NCBI GenBank assembly: GCA_976551045.1
Contig: CDPCPM010000418.1
Location: forward strand, 1,922,001-1,986,000
Direction of reading: 5' to 3'
Source of the DNA: Glaucostegus cemiculus
Lineage: Eukaryota
DNA length: 64,000 bases
The position numbers and the translations under genes were made by a program. The notes under the pieces are model-generated. The model was not told where the DNA came from, did not search any database, and was given only the letters and a program-made list of their open reading frames with translations. Positions 55,601 through 60,680 of this stretch are shown here, piece after piece. Position 1 is the first letter of the stretch; each line of letters begins with the position of its first letter.

Positions 55601-58600
55601 CTAGTTGAACTAATTTTACCTAAAAAACACATTGGTGCTATATAGATAATACATTAATGCAGTACACCATGGTAAAACCATAGGATAAAACTCATTCTCT
55701 TTAATCAGATGTACTATAACACTCAATTTACTGATTTCAGCTGGGCCTTACTGAAGAAATTGTACAGAGAAGTGCTTCCCCAGGCAGACAGAAATTTCTA
55801 GGGTTTGGCACCTTTTGGCCTTGCCCTTCAGTAGCAACAGCAGATACTGAAGACAGGTAATTCTCCTGAAATTTCCAGAGCTGATGTTCACAGCACATGT
55901 TTAAATGTAGCTCATTATCCTGATTCACCATAGCATACTACATTAATGTACTATCTATATAGCACCAATGTGTTTTATAGATAAAAATGGGAGAAAAATA
56001 CATATATTTTGCAATTCCAAATATTTACCAAAATAAATGCTGCTGAGAGAAACTGATGATTTTTCTTGTGGGGGGAGGGGCAGGGACAGTTGAGAAGGCA
56101 GGAAGATATCCAAATAAATGTGAGGTTCGATTAAGGTTTAATTTCTGATTACTGTGTCTTATTTTAAAAATGTTAAAAGTCTTCTTAGTGACACATTTAC
56201 TCCATTCTTGTAGTTAGTGTAATGTATATGAAGGAGGGACTAGGAAAAGGATAACAATCCAAAATCGTATCAGTACCAGTACAGCAGAGAATGAAAATCT
56301 TTTTTGGGATCTCCCACTCAAGTTTAATTTCATAGGCAATTCTAAATGATGAATTAAGTCGGTATAAATTTTGTACTACTCTAAACACAATGATTCATCT
56401 GAAATTTCAAACATAGCCCATTATCTGATACCGTTACCTTTGAGGATTTATTTTGACGGCAACAAACGTGGCAAAACTTGCAGCGCCGGCAACACCAGTT
56501 CTCCCACTGCTCTTCCAGGGGACGCTCACTTTCCTCCAGGCAGAAAAGGTGGAAGGGTTCGCAGCATACCTGACAGTAAATAAACTGCAAGGAATTGAAA
56601 TGGAGAATAAATCAGGAAAGGCCACACTTGAAACAAAAACAAACTACATTGATACAGCACCCTTCACAATATTATTCATAATATACCTGTTAAGATGGTT
56701 CACTGTGAGAAATAAGGTCAATTCACACACAGTAAATTCCCTCAAACGTACGACTGTATGTTCCAAACATATAATCCATTTTAGAGATAATGACTGAAAG
56801 GTAGATATTGACTGGGGAATTGCATTGCAGTTCTTTCTCAAAATAGTGCTCTGCCATACTTTACATACACTCAGGTATAAACAGGACATCATTTTAACGT
56901 CTCATCCACAAAAAAAATCTCCTGACAGTATAGCATTCCCTCAAGTGCTATATTGGTGTGTCTGTTCAGGGTCTGCATCCAAATCCATGGAGAAGGATTT
57001 GCAGAGGACATCCTGACTCAAAGGTAAACACATTACCACTGTGCAACAGCTTGAATTAAGCAGTCTTATTTAGCATTATTGCAAGTACCACAGCGTAGAT
57101 AGATATTCTGGTGTGCACACCATTGTAAAGTCCATTGTGAAATCTACAGATGATAACTGTCAGATTTTTATTCTCCTATGCAATTAACACTTCAAACGTC
57201 ATGTAGCACCAGAGAAGTGTACATCAGGTTAAGAGAAATCAACAGCTTTGTTGGTTTCTCATGACCATTTCTCTATATTTTTCAATGCTTCCAGTAAATT
57301 TAAACATTCTTTTCTGAACCCTCACATTCAAATTTGCCTTATACCTGTTTAAACCAAAAGACCTAATAAGCTGTAGTGAGATTCCTCTAAAACTCAATTT
57401 TGAGAGATGCCCTCTCAAACAGAGGTTTGCTTCTGTCAATGCACTGACTAATATCTCATATCAAATCCAAAGTAATCTGCAATTAAATGAACATACGCAG
57501 GAAACCATACCTCAACATGTCCACTGCTGGCGCAGAGGAAGCACACCACCCTGGGAGTGATGGGTACAGAAGTCAGGATGCTAAGTCCACCCATTTCCCA
57601 CACATTTTCCACATCACAGTCCTCCTACAAAGAGTCAGTAGAATTATATCAAAAAATAAACAGCAAAATTCAATTACTCTTGTGGATCAGATTCAATTAA
57701 AGCTTTGCAAATATTGCTTCAAGTACTGGAAGGTTAGATCGCATGGTAACCAGGGACAGATAGCTAATTGATTCATAATTGACTCGATGGTAGGAAGCAA
57801 GAGCATGATAGATGAAGGCTGTTTCTCAGACTGGAGGCCTGTGACTAATGGTGTGTCACAAGGGTCGGTGCTGGGACCTTTGCAATTCGTTATTTATATA
57901 AAAGATTTGGATGTAAATGTACAAAGCATGGTTAGTAAGTTTGGGGAATTACACTGAGATCGTGGTATCGTAAATTACAGGGGGATATTGATCAGTGAGC
58001 TAAGTGGACAGAGGATTGGCAAATGGATTTCAATTTGGATCAATGCAAAGTGTTGCATTTTGGGAAGTCAAACCAGAGTAGAACCTATACTGTGAATGGT
58101 TGGGTCCTGGGGAGTGTTGTGAAACAGAGGGACCCAGGAGTATAAGTACACTGTTGGCTGAAAGCAGCGTCACAGGTAGACAGGGTGGTGGAGAAGGCAT
58201 TTAGCACACTGGCCTTCATTAGTCAGGGCAGTGAATACAAGAGCTGGCATACTATGTTGCAGTTGTACAAGACGTTGATGAGACCACAGTTGGAGCACTG
58301 TGTACAGTTTTGGTTGCTCTGTTATAGGAAAGACATCATTAAACTAGGAAGAGTGAAAAACAGATTGATGAAGATGTTGCCAGGACACAAGGGTCTGAGT
58401 TATAGGGACCTGACGGGTAACTTCTTCACACACAGGGGATGCATATCTGGAATGAGCTGCCAGAGAGAGAGATTGAGGCAGATACAATAACAACACTCAA
58501 AAGACATTTGGATGTGCATGGATAGGAGGCGTTTAGAGGGATATGGGCCAACTGCAGGAAAATGGGACTTTCTTGGTGGGCAGCACAGTCAGCATGGACA

Positions 58601-59674
58601 GTTTGGGCCAAAGGGCCTGTTTCTATGCTGTATTACTCTAAGACCCTACATCAACATCAGTAACTCCTTATGAATCCAAATTAATGCAACAGATTTCTGA
58701 ATATGTTGCTTGGTACAGGACTGAGCTCCATTGGGAATATCTTGACTCAAAAAGCCGTTCACAAGGAGAAGGTTCTGAACAATGTATGATACAATCACAT
58801 AGAATTACAAATGAAAATGGACAGCAAGCCAGGATGTAGATGCATCCACATAGAGAACACTGATATAGGGCAATGACTACTCCGACCATCCCAGAACATG
58901 CAAGAAGTTCATATGGAGGGGCATCTTCATTCATCAGTTAAACTCTGGCACAAACTGGAGTAAACAGCTTTTATCCCAGTTTTTAATTCAGATTACAGTG
59001 GTGCCCATGAGAATCCCCAAAAACATCACCAATGTTCCTTGTTTTAATGTGAAAATTAGAGGCTCATATTCACCTATAGACTTCCCTTCAAAGTCAGAAA
59101 CAAATTCAATGTAGATCAAAACAATGCCACAAGGTCGATGGGGGAGGTGGTAGGGCATGAACAAATGGAAGATTCCTACACAATCAATTCTAGAAGTTAC
59201 CCAAGCAACATATCACAAAGTAGTAACTTTGGTGGGAGAATAAAATAAAGAGTCATCATGTACTGGTTCATTACATGTCTTTACATCAATAGAATGTTAA
59301 CACGCAGGTGTCTTCCCTTGTTCAATGGTGCTATTCAAGACTGTTGGGCTCTGCACCACTGTCTTTGGCTTCACAGTTACAAAGATACATATTGAAAAGG
59401 TTGTAAGTGTGCACGTATGCTTGTAGAAAAACATGGTGGTTAGTGGTGGGAAGAAAATATAAATGAATATCGCACTCTCCATTTCCCAGAGCCAATGTGG
59501 TCAATAATTATTGCAAATGTAAAACCTTATATTTCTTGTTTCTACCTTGAAATCCACTCTGATCCTGTGGACTCCATCTGCCAATGGCTTTTGTTTTCCA
59601 CAACTGACATTTGTGAACGTGGTGAGCAGATTCAGAGTACTGGGTTCAAACTTACTGACAGGAATCACTTTGTC
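2239..59674 (-). CDS. KMT2A: KMT2A/MLL1 histone-lysine N-methyltransferase 2A, partial spliced CDS (27 exons, approximately human exons 9-35)
   Basis: Exons join with consistent phases and GT-AG sites to 7845 nt with no stop. Domain order is PHD1-3, bromo, ePHD4, FYRN, Taspase sites QVDGADD and QLDGVDD, TAD ILPSDIMDFVL, FYRC, Win SARAE, SET. Two Taspase sites and the TAD sequence favour KMT2A over KMT2B. Confidence 0.97.
4600..5000 (-). mobile_element. CR1-type LINE fragment (3' tail plus RT segment, internally deleted)
   Basis: Minus strand encodes PGNYRPVSL, also seen in the 41-43 kb CR1; boundaries approximate. Confidence 0.75.
5925..6015 (-). mobile_element. Rex1/Babar LINE 3' tail remnant
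   Basis: Reverse-complement similarity to the tail at 9310-9365 (tattattgtc...gtacc..gatacaatgaaaa). Confidence 0.55.
6499..6582 (-). CDS. KMT2A: KMT2A exon ~34 (84 nt), SET start
   Basis: ttgtag|A...TAC CG|gtaagg; RATSMDLPMAMRFRHLKKTSKEAVGVY. Confidence 0.96.
7489..7596 (-). CDS. KMT2A: KMT2A exon ~33 (108 nt)
   Basis: gcacag|G...GCA CG|gtgggt; KSAFDMFNFLASKHRQPPDYCPNEEEEEEVQLKSA. Confidence 0.96.
8579..9374 (+). mobile_element. 5'-truncated Rex1/Babar-type LINE
   Basis: ORF 8496-8885 gives IDFRK..PVYING..VESFKFLGVNITNSLSWSNH..LRRLKKF..LTNFYRCTI (post-RT C-terminus); premature TAG at 8883; (CAATAC)n tail. Confidence 0.85.
9934..10108 (-). CDS. KMT2A: KMT2A exon ~32 (175 nt), FYRC end and WDR5-interacting (Win) motif
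   Basis: ttgcag|GG...CAA AG|gtaaac; INGLKMLGISHDAVVFLIEQLYGAKRCKNYSFKFHKHQEVDELPINPHGSARAEIHQ. Confidence 0.95.
10230..10700 (+). mobile_element. Old CR1 3' remnant
   Basis: Degenerate similarity to the CR1 3' ends elsewhere in the window; boundaries approximate. Confidence 0.5.
11276..11350 (-). CDS. KMT2A: KMT2A exon ~31 (75 nt), FYRC
   Basis: ttgtag|AG...TCT G|gtaagg; GWKVLTDKVQEARSNARLKHISFS. Confidence 0.95.
11570..11960 (-). mobile_element. DeuSINE-like (SacSINE1-type) remnant
   Basis: Degenerate reverse-complement match to the 15826-16250 copy. Confidence 0.45.
12507..12674 (-). CDS. KMT2A: KMT2A exon ~30 (168 nt), FYRC start
   Basis: ccttag|AA...GAA G|gtagat; ...KKGLLFQITSDDGFQIQCDNIE. 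Confidence 0.92.
13659..13719. repeat. (TG)20 microsatellite with a degenerate alternating purine-pyrimidine tail
   Basis: Seen directly. Confidence 0.97.
14565..14915 (-). mobile_element. V-SINE/HE1-like tRNA-derived SINE
   Basis: Reverse complement resembles the 35200 copy (V-domain gagtttgca..ttc.c.tgtg..tgcgt.ggtttcctc.gggtg). Confidence 0.8.
15583..15671 (-). CDS. KMT2A: KMT2A exon ~29 (89 nt), poorly conserved linker
   Basis: ctctctccccag|T...ACT G|gtaagc; phase 2-1 as required; QMEHVPILQPLEPMNTATSNTEGQDDFVT. Confidence 0.75.
15826..16250 (+). mobile_element. DeuSINE-like (SacSINE1-type) element
   Basis: tRNA-like head (cagctg..actcag...gttcaagt...cagagacttgagcaca) followed by a Deu-domain-like body, recognised from recall of the consensus. 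Confidence 0.6.
16400..17260 (+). mobile_element. Decayed L2/CR1-clade LINE 3' fragment
   Basis: ttcagctgtttcatcaatgaccttc (FSCFINDL, RT motif) and downstream LINE-like segments; similar to the reverse-strand remnant at ~45.1-45.5 kb. Confidence 0.55.
18604..18699 (-). CDS. KMT2A: KMT2A exon ~28 (96 nt), poorly conserved linker
   Basis: tgtttcag|T...CCA AG|gtgaga; phase 2-2 as required; SVPVRIKATVQDAMELDEQQHEDSHQDSDSP; placed by splice signals and phase, not by homology. Confidence 0.72.
19880..20525 (-). mobile_element. CR1 LINE 3' fragment
   Basis: Colinear similarity to the 41165-41880 CR1 copy. Confidence 0.8.
20602..25120 (-). CDS. KMT2A: KMT2A giant exon ~27 (4519 nt): S/T-rich region, Taspase sites, transactivation domain
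   Basis: Within the 1520-aa ORF; tttaaag|GG AGC CCC...GCA GG|gtaagt; contains KRRYPRRSARARS, QVDGADD, QLDGVDD and SDDCGNILPSDIMDFVLKNT. Confidence 0.96.
23337..23516 (-). other. Encoded Taspase-1 cleavage sites CS1 (QVDGADD, 23496-23516) and CS2 (QLDGVDD, 23337-23357)
   Basis: Match to the established MLL1 Taspase-1 recognition sequences. Confidence 0.93.
25880..26545 (+). mobile_element. CR1 LINE 3' fragment
   Basis: tgtacagggtattggcaaggtcacacctggagtac (LY..LVRPHLEY-like) through a typical 3' UTR; ends about 25 nt from the exon 26 donor. Confidence 0.75.
26572..26751 (-). CDS. KMT2A: KMT2A exon ~26 (180 nt)
   Basis: tgacag|AA...CCA G|gtatct; phase 1-1; ends SRPLPSP, as recalled for MLL1 orthologues. 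Confidence 0.88.
27030..27535 (-). mobile_element. V-SINE with a nested Penelope-derived short element (~27260-27418)
   Basis: SINE similar to the 14565-14915 copy, interrupted by gatgctggaggaactcagcagg...ccagcatctgcag. Confidence 0.72.
27650..28140 (+). mobile_element. V-SINE interrupted by a foldback insertion
   Basis: tRNA-like head and V-domain resume after the insertion at 27721-27875. Confidence 0.75.
27721..27875. mobile_element. Penelope-derived foldback element with a 9-bp TSD
   Basis: TSD ctgggtgct at 27712-27720 and 27876-27884; 40-bp inverted arms 27721-27760 and 27802-27841 with 2 mismatches; family assignment is inferred. Confidence 0.75.
28807..28967 (-). CDS. KMT2A: KMT2A exon ~25 (161 nt), FYRN end
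   Basis: tttcag|G TGT...GCA G|gtacgt; CSRVYWSTTDARKRCVYTCKILEHRPPPVEAEENSTLEHSENRTVAHSP. Confidence 0.95.
29856..29934 (-). CDS. KMT2A: KMT2A exon ~24 (79 nt), FYRN
   Basis: atctag|GT...TAT CA|gtaagt; GSMTIDSLGILNDLSDCEAKLFPIGYQ. Confidence 0.95.
30317..30434 (-). CDS. KMT2A: KMT2A exon ~23 (118 nt)
   Basis: ttacag|ACT...ATT G|gttagt; TVAEDGFEVLRRIFVDFEDITLRRKFLTGLEPESIHMMI. Confidence 0.95.
32100..33190 (+). mobile_element. Cluster of CR1 3' fragments
   Basis: ORF 32447-32653 (MQKRSTRML..FSYKERL..L..FPLQQRRLR) is CR1 ORF2 C-terminus-like; older fragments extend back to about 31.0 kb. Confidence 0.75.
33250..33510 (-). mobile_element. DeuSINE-like remnant
   Basis: Degenerate reverse-complement match to the head and body of the 15826 copy. 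Confidence 0.45.
33943..34101 (-). CDS. KMT2A: KMT2A exon ~22 (159 nt), PHD4
   Basis: tttcag|CGC...GAG|gtaggt; RCERCQKAGATVGCCLTSCQSNYHFMCARAKNCVFLDDKKVYCQRHKDLVKGE. Confidence 0.96.
34784..34921 (-). CDS. KMT2A: KMT2A exon ~21 (138 nt), ePHD4
   Basis: ttttag|GAT...CTG|gtgagc; DAGRLLYIGQNEWTHINCALWSAEVFEDDDGSLKNVHMAVIRGKQL. Confidence 0.96.
35200..35462 (+). mobile_element. Young V-SINE (tRNA-derived)
   Basis: A box TAGCGTAGCGG (35207-35217), B box GGTTCGATTCC (35251-35261), V-domain, (ATTTA)n tail, CpGs retained. Confidence 0.9.
36472..36578 (-). CDS. KMT2A: KMT2A exon ~20 (107 nt), ePHD4 start
   Basis: ttggtaag|GC...AAT|gtgagt; SDRSREESPDIDPPPDVEDNRQCVLCLKYGDDNKN. Confidence 0.92.
36823..37138. 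mobile_element. Non-autonomous Tc1/mariner-pogo (Tigger-like) MITE
   Basis: TA|caggtcctccccagg ... cctgggcaggacatg|TA: imperfect 15-bp TIRs (2 mismatches) flanked by TA. Confidence 0.55.
38940..39360 (-). mobile_element. CR1 LINE 3' fragment
   Basis: Clear similarity to 41165-41610. Confidence 0.8.
39401..39597 (-). CDS. KMT2A: KMT2A exon ~19 (197 nt; 194 nt with the distal NAGNAG acceptor)
   Basis: tttcag|TAG...GCT G|gtatga; SGMLPNAVLPPSSDHNYAQWQERDDSTRTEQPALTKKIIPAPQPKGPGDPDSP; contains the HCF-binding-type motif DHNY. Confidence 0.94.
40845..41160. repeat. Degenerate tandem repeat
   Basis: Recurrent attcaatctgcatt.ctg and ctgaggcc..aatttccatt motifs. Confidence 0.45.
41165..43330 (-). 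mobile_element. Decayed CR1 LINE (~2.2 kb; ORF2 endonuclease-linker/RT/C-terminus, possible ORF1 piece)
   Basis: Frameshifted ORFs: ENPKAFYTYIKSKR, KSLEPEGIYPRILRE, KPGNYRPVSL, MELNPCKCKVFHFGRSN, LVRPHLKYCVHFWSP; GDS-like esterase motif near 43230. Confidence 0.9.
43862..43935 (-). CDS. KMT2A: KMT2A exon ~18 (74 nt)
   Basis: atgcag|CAA...CCA AA|gtgagt; QMERFFPWFSVKESKFWEPNKVTP. Confidence 0.95.
45060..45460 (-). mobile_element. Decayed L2-like LINE 3' remnant
   Basis: Reverse-complement similarity to 16800-17220 (WNSLP motif). Confidence 0.5.
46367..46477 (-). CDS. KMT2A: KMT2A exon ~17 (111 nt), bromodomain
   Basis: gttcag|CTG...CGG|gtaagg; LEFSDDIVKIIQTAMNCDGGQPENKKANSMVKAFFIR. Confidence 0.95.
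46679..46849 (-). CDS. KMT2A: KMT2A exon ~16 (171 nt), bromodomain
   Basis: taccag|GCA...GTG|gtaaaa; AAKPPDLNPETEEAVSARSSPEGPDPPVLTEVNQQDEQPLDLEGVKRKMEQERYHSV. Confidence 0.95.
46945..47450 (+). mobile_element. CR1 LINE 3' fragment
   Basis: ttctggtcacccagctataggaaggac...ggactttttt.cctggagtgtaggaggttgaggggtgaccttatagagg and a typical tail. Confidence 0.85.
48580..48995 (-). mobile_element. DeuSINE-like remnant
   Basis: cccagattatgtgctcaa...ttaccaactgtgc, head on the minus strand. Confidence 0.5.
49440..49745 (-). mobile_element. V-SINE
   Basis: tgtgggaggaaaccagagcatccagga is the reverse complement of the V-domain. Confidence 0.78.
50241..50425 (-). CDS. KMT2A: KMT2A exon ~15 (185 nt), PHD3 end / bromodomain start
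   Basis: atccag|AT...CAG|gtgagt; DEMYEILSNLPESVAYTCINCTEQHPAEWRLALGKELQISLKQVLTALLNSRTTSHLLRYRQ. Confidence 0.96.
52040..52153 (-). CDS. KMT2A: KMT2A exon ~14 (114 nt), PHD3
   Basis: ttttag|GA...TCA G|gtattt; GNFCPLCDKCYDDDDYESKMMQCGKCDRWVHAKCESLS. Confidence 0.95.
53614..53675. repeat. 31-nt tandem duplication about 30 nt into intron 13
   Basis: tattataactggtacccag at 53614 and 53645. Confidence 0.9.
53705..53825 (-). CDS. KMT2A: KMT2A exon ~13 (121 nt)
   Basis: ctgtag|ATA...AAA G|gtaagc; ICTKCVRCKSCGATTPGKGWDAQWSHDFSLCHECAKLFDK. Confidence 0.96.
54404..54656. mobile_element. Penelope-derived short insertion with a 14-bp TSD
   Basis: TSD tacatgaacacacc at 54390-54403 and 54657-54670; internal direct repeat cagattcca..atctgcagaatctc.tgtct; same terminus as 27721-27875. 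Confidence 0.78.
55209..55304 (-). CDS. KMT2A: KMT2A exon ~12 (96 nt), PHD2
   Basis: acacag|CAG...TGG|gtaagt; QLLECGKCRNSYHPECLGPNYPTKPTKKKKVW. Confidence 0.96.
56438..56584 (-). CDS. KMT2A: KMT2A exon ~11 (147 nt), PHD1/PHD2
   Basis: ttgcag|TTT...AAG|gtaacg; FIYCQVCCEPFHLFCLEESERPLEEQWENWCCRRCKFCHVCCRQNKSSK. Confidence 0.96.
56880..57055 (-). mobile_element. DeuSINE-like head remnant
   Basis: ctcatcc...ctcctgacagtatagcattccctca...ctgactca...taccactgtgcaacagct. Confidence 0.5.
57511..57624 (-). CDS. KMT2A: KMT2A exon ~10 (114 nt), PHD1 start
   Basis: ttgtag|GAG...GAG|gtatgg; EDCDVENVWEMGGLSILTSVPITPRVVCFLCASSGHVE. Confidence 0.96.
57700..58645 (+). mobile_element. CR1 LINE fragment (RT to 3' end)
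   Basis: WRPVTNGVSQGSVLGPL RT motif; ORF 58185-58490 LQLYKTLMRPQLEHCVQFW. Confidence 0.88.
59546..59674 (-). CDS. KMT2A: KMT2A exon ~9 (129 nt)
   Basis: ttttag|GAC...AAG|gtagaa; DKVIPVSKFEPSTLNLLTTFTNVSCGKQKPLADGVHRIRVDFK. Confidence 0.9.
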
Positions 59675-60494
59675 CTAAAAATAAGAAGCATGAAATCAAT
59701 GAGACTGTTCTATGTTACACTGTATCTGTTACAAATTTAAAAGCAGTGCCTCTGCAGGTTACACTACTTCAAAACATTTCTACATGAAAGCCTTTACTTG
59801 GGGTCAACATTTTCAAAGCATACAATTTCTGTAAGCAAGTTCAAATACAATAGATCTCTATGCAAACTAATTTCTGTACAATAAATGAAAAGAATGTCAC
59901 TTGAATGTGGTTTATTTCAACCCCCTCCCCCAACCAATTAATTTTTCCTATCCTAGTCCAGAGGAGTTGAGACCATCTGCAGAGGTTCAGTTGCTGTCCC
60001 AGCTGAGGTCAGCTCAATCAGCAGGCATTAGGAATTGAAACAGAAAACTTATCATCTGCATGACTCAGTATTACGAAATACAGTTTCATCCAGGGGAACA
60101 TTTGTGGATTGGAATTCAGTGCAGGGAATTACTTTTCTAACTGAGCGAAACAACAAGGGAACATTCAATTCCAAACTATACAGGTGGTATGTACACTGTT
60201 GGTTTGGAATTGAATGACTCAGGGGAAGGTGCTACGTCAAACTTGTCTTGTTGACAATTTGGAACTGACTGCTCTGACAAACTGCTTCAAGAACATATTC
60301 TTATTGCATACGACTGTGGTCCATTTGGGCTAGAACAAGATTCCAAACTTTATATCAAACTTTATACTGTTCCAAATTTGTCAGCTTTGTACCACTACCA
60401 TCATGTTTTGTTTTTTAACCACTTAAATGGTCATCATCATGTCTGACACTTACCCCCCCAAAAATGATCATTACCTAAAAAAACTCTCCAAATC

Positions 60495-60680
60495 AACAAA
60501 CAGCTAGGAATTCAGCAGGTTGAGCAGCATCTCTGGAGGCCAAAGGTATAGTCCTGATGCAGGGTCACAACTCAGAATGTCAACTATCCCCTTGCCTTCA
60601 CAGATGCTGTTCAACCTGCTGAGTTCCTGCAGCTGTTTGGTTCTTGCTCCAGATTCCAGCATCGGCAGACTCATATCTCC
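60495..60680. mobile_element. Penelope-derived foldback element
   Basis: Inverted arms ggaattcagcaggttgagcagcatct / agatgctgttcaacctgctgagttcc and the shared ttgctccagattccagcatc terminus. Confidence 0.7.

Noticed and set aside
59650-59658. Cryptic donor TCA|GTAAGT inside exon 9
   Set aside because: Only 19 nt from the acceptor and out of frame; unlikely to be defined as an exon
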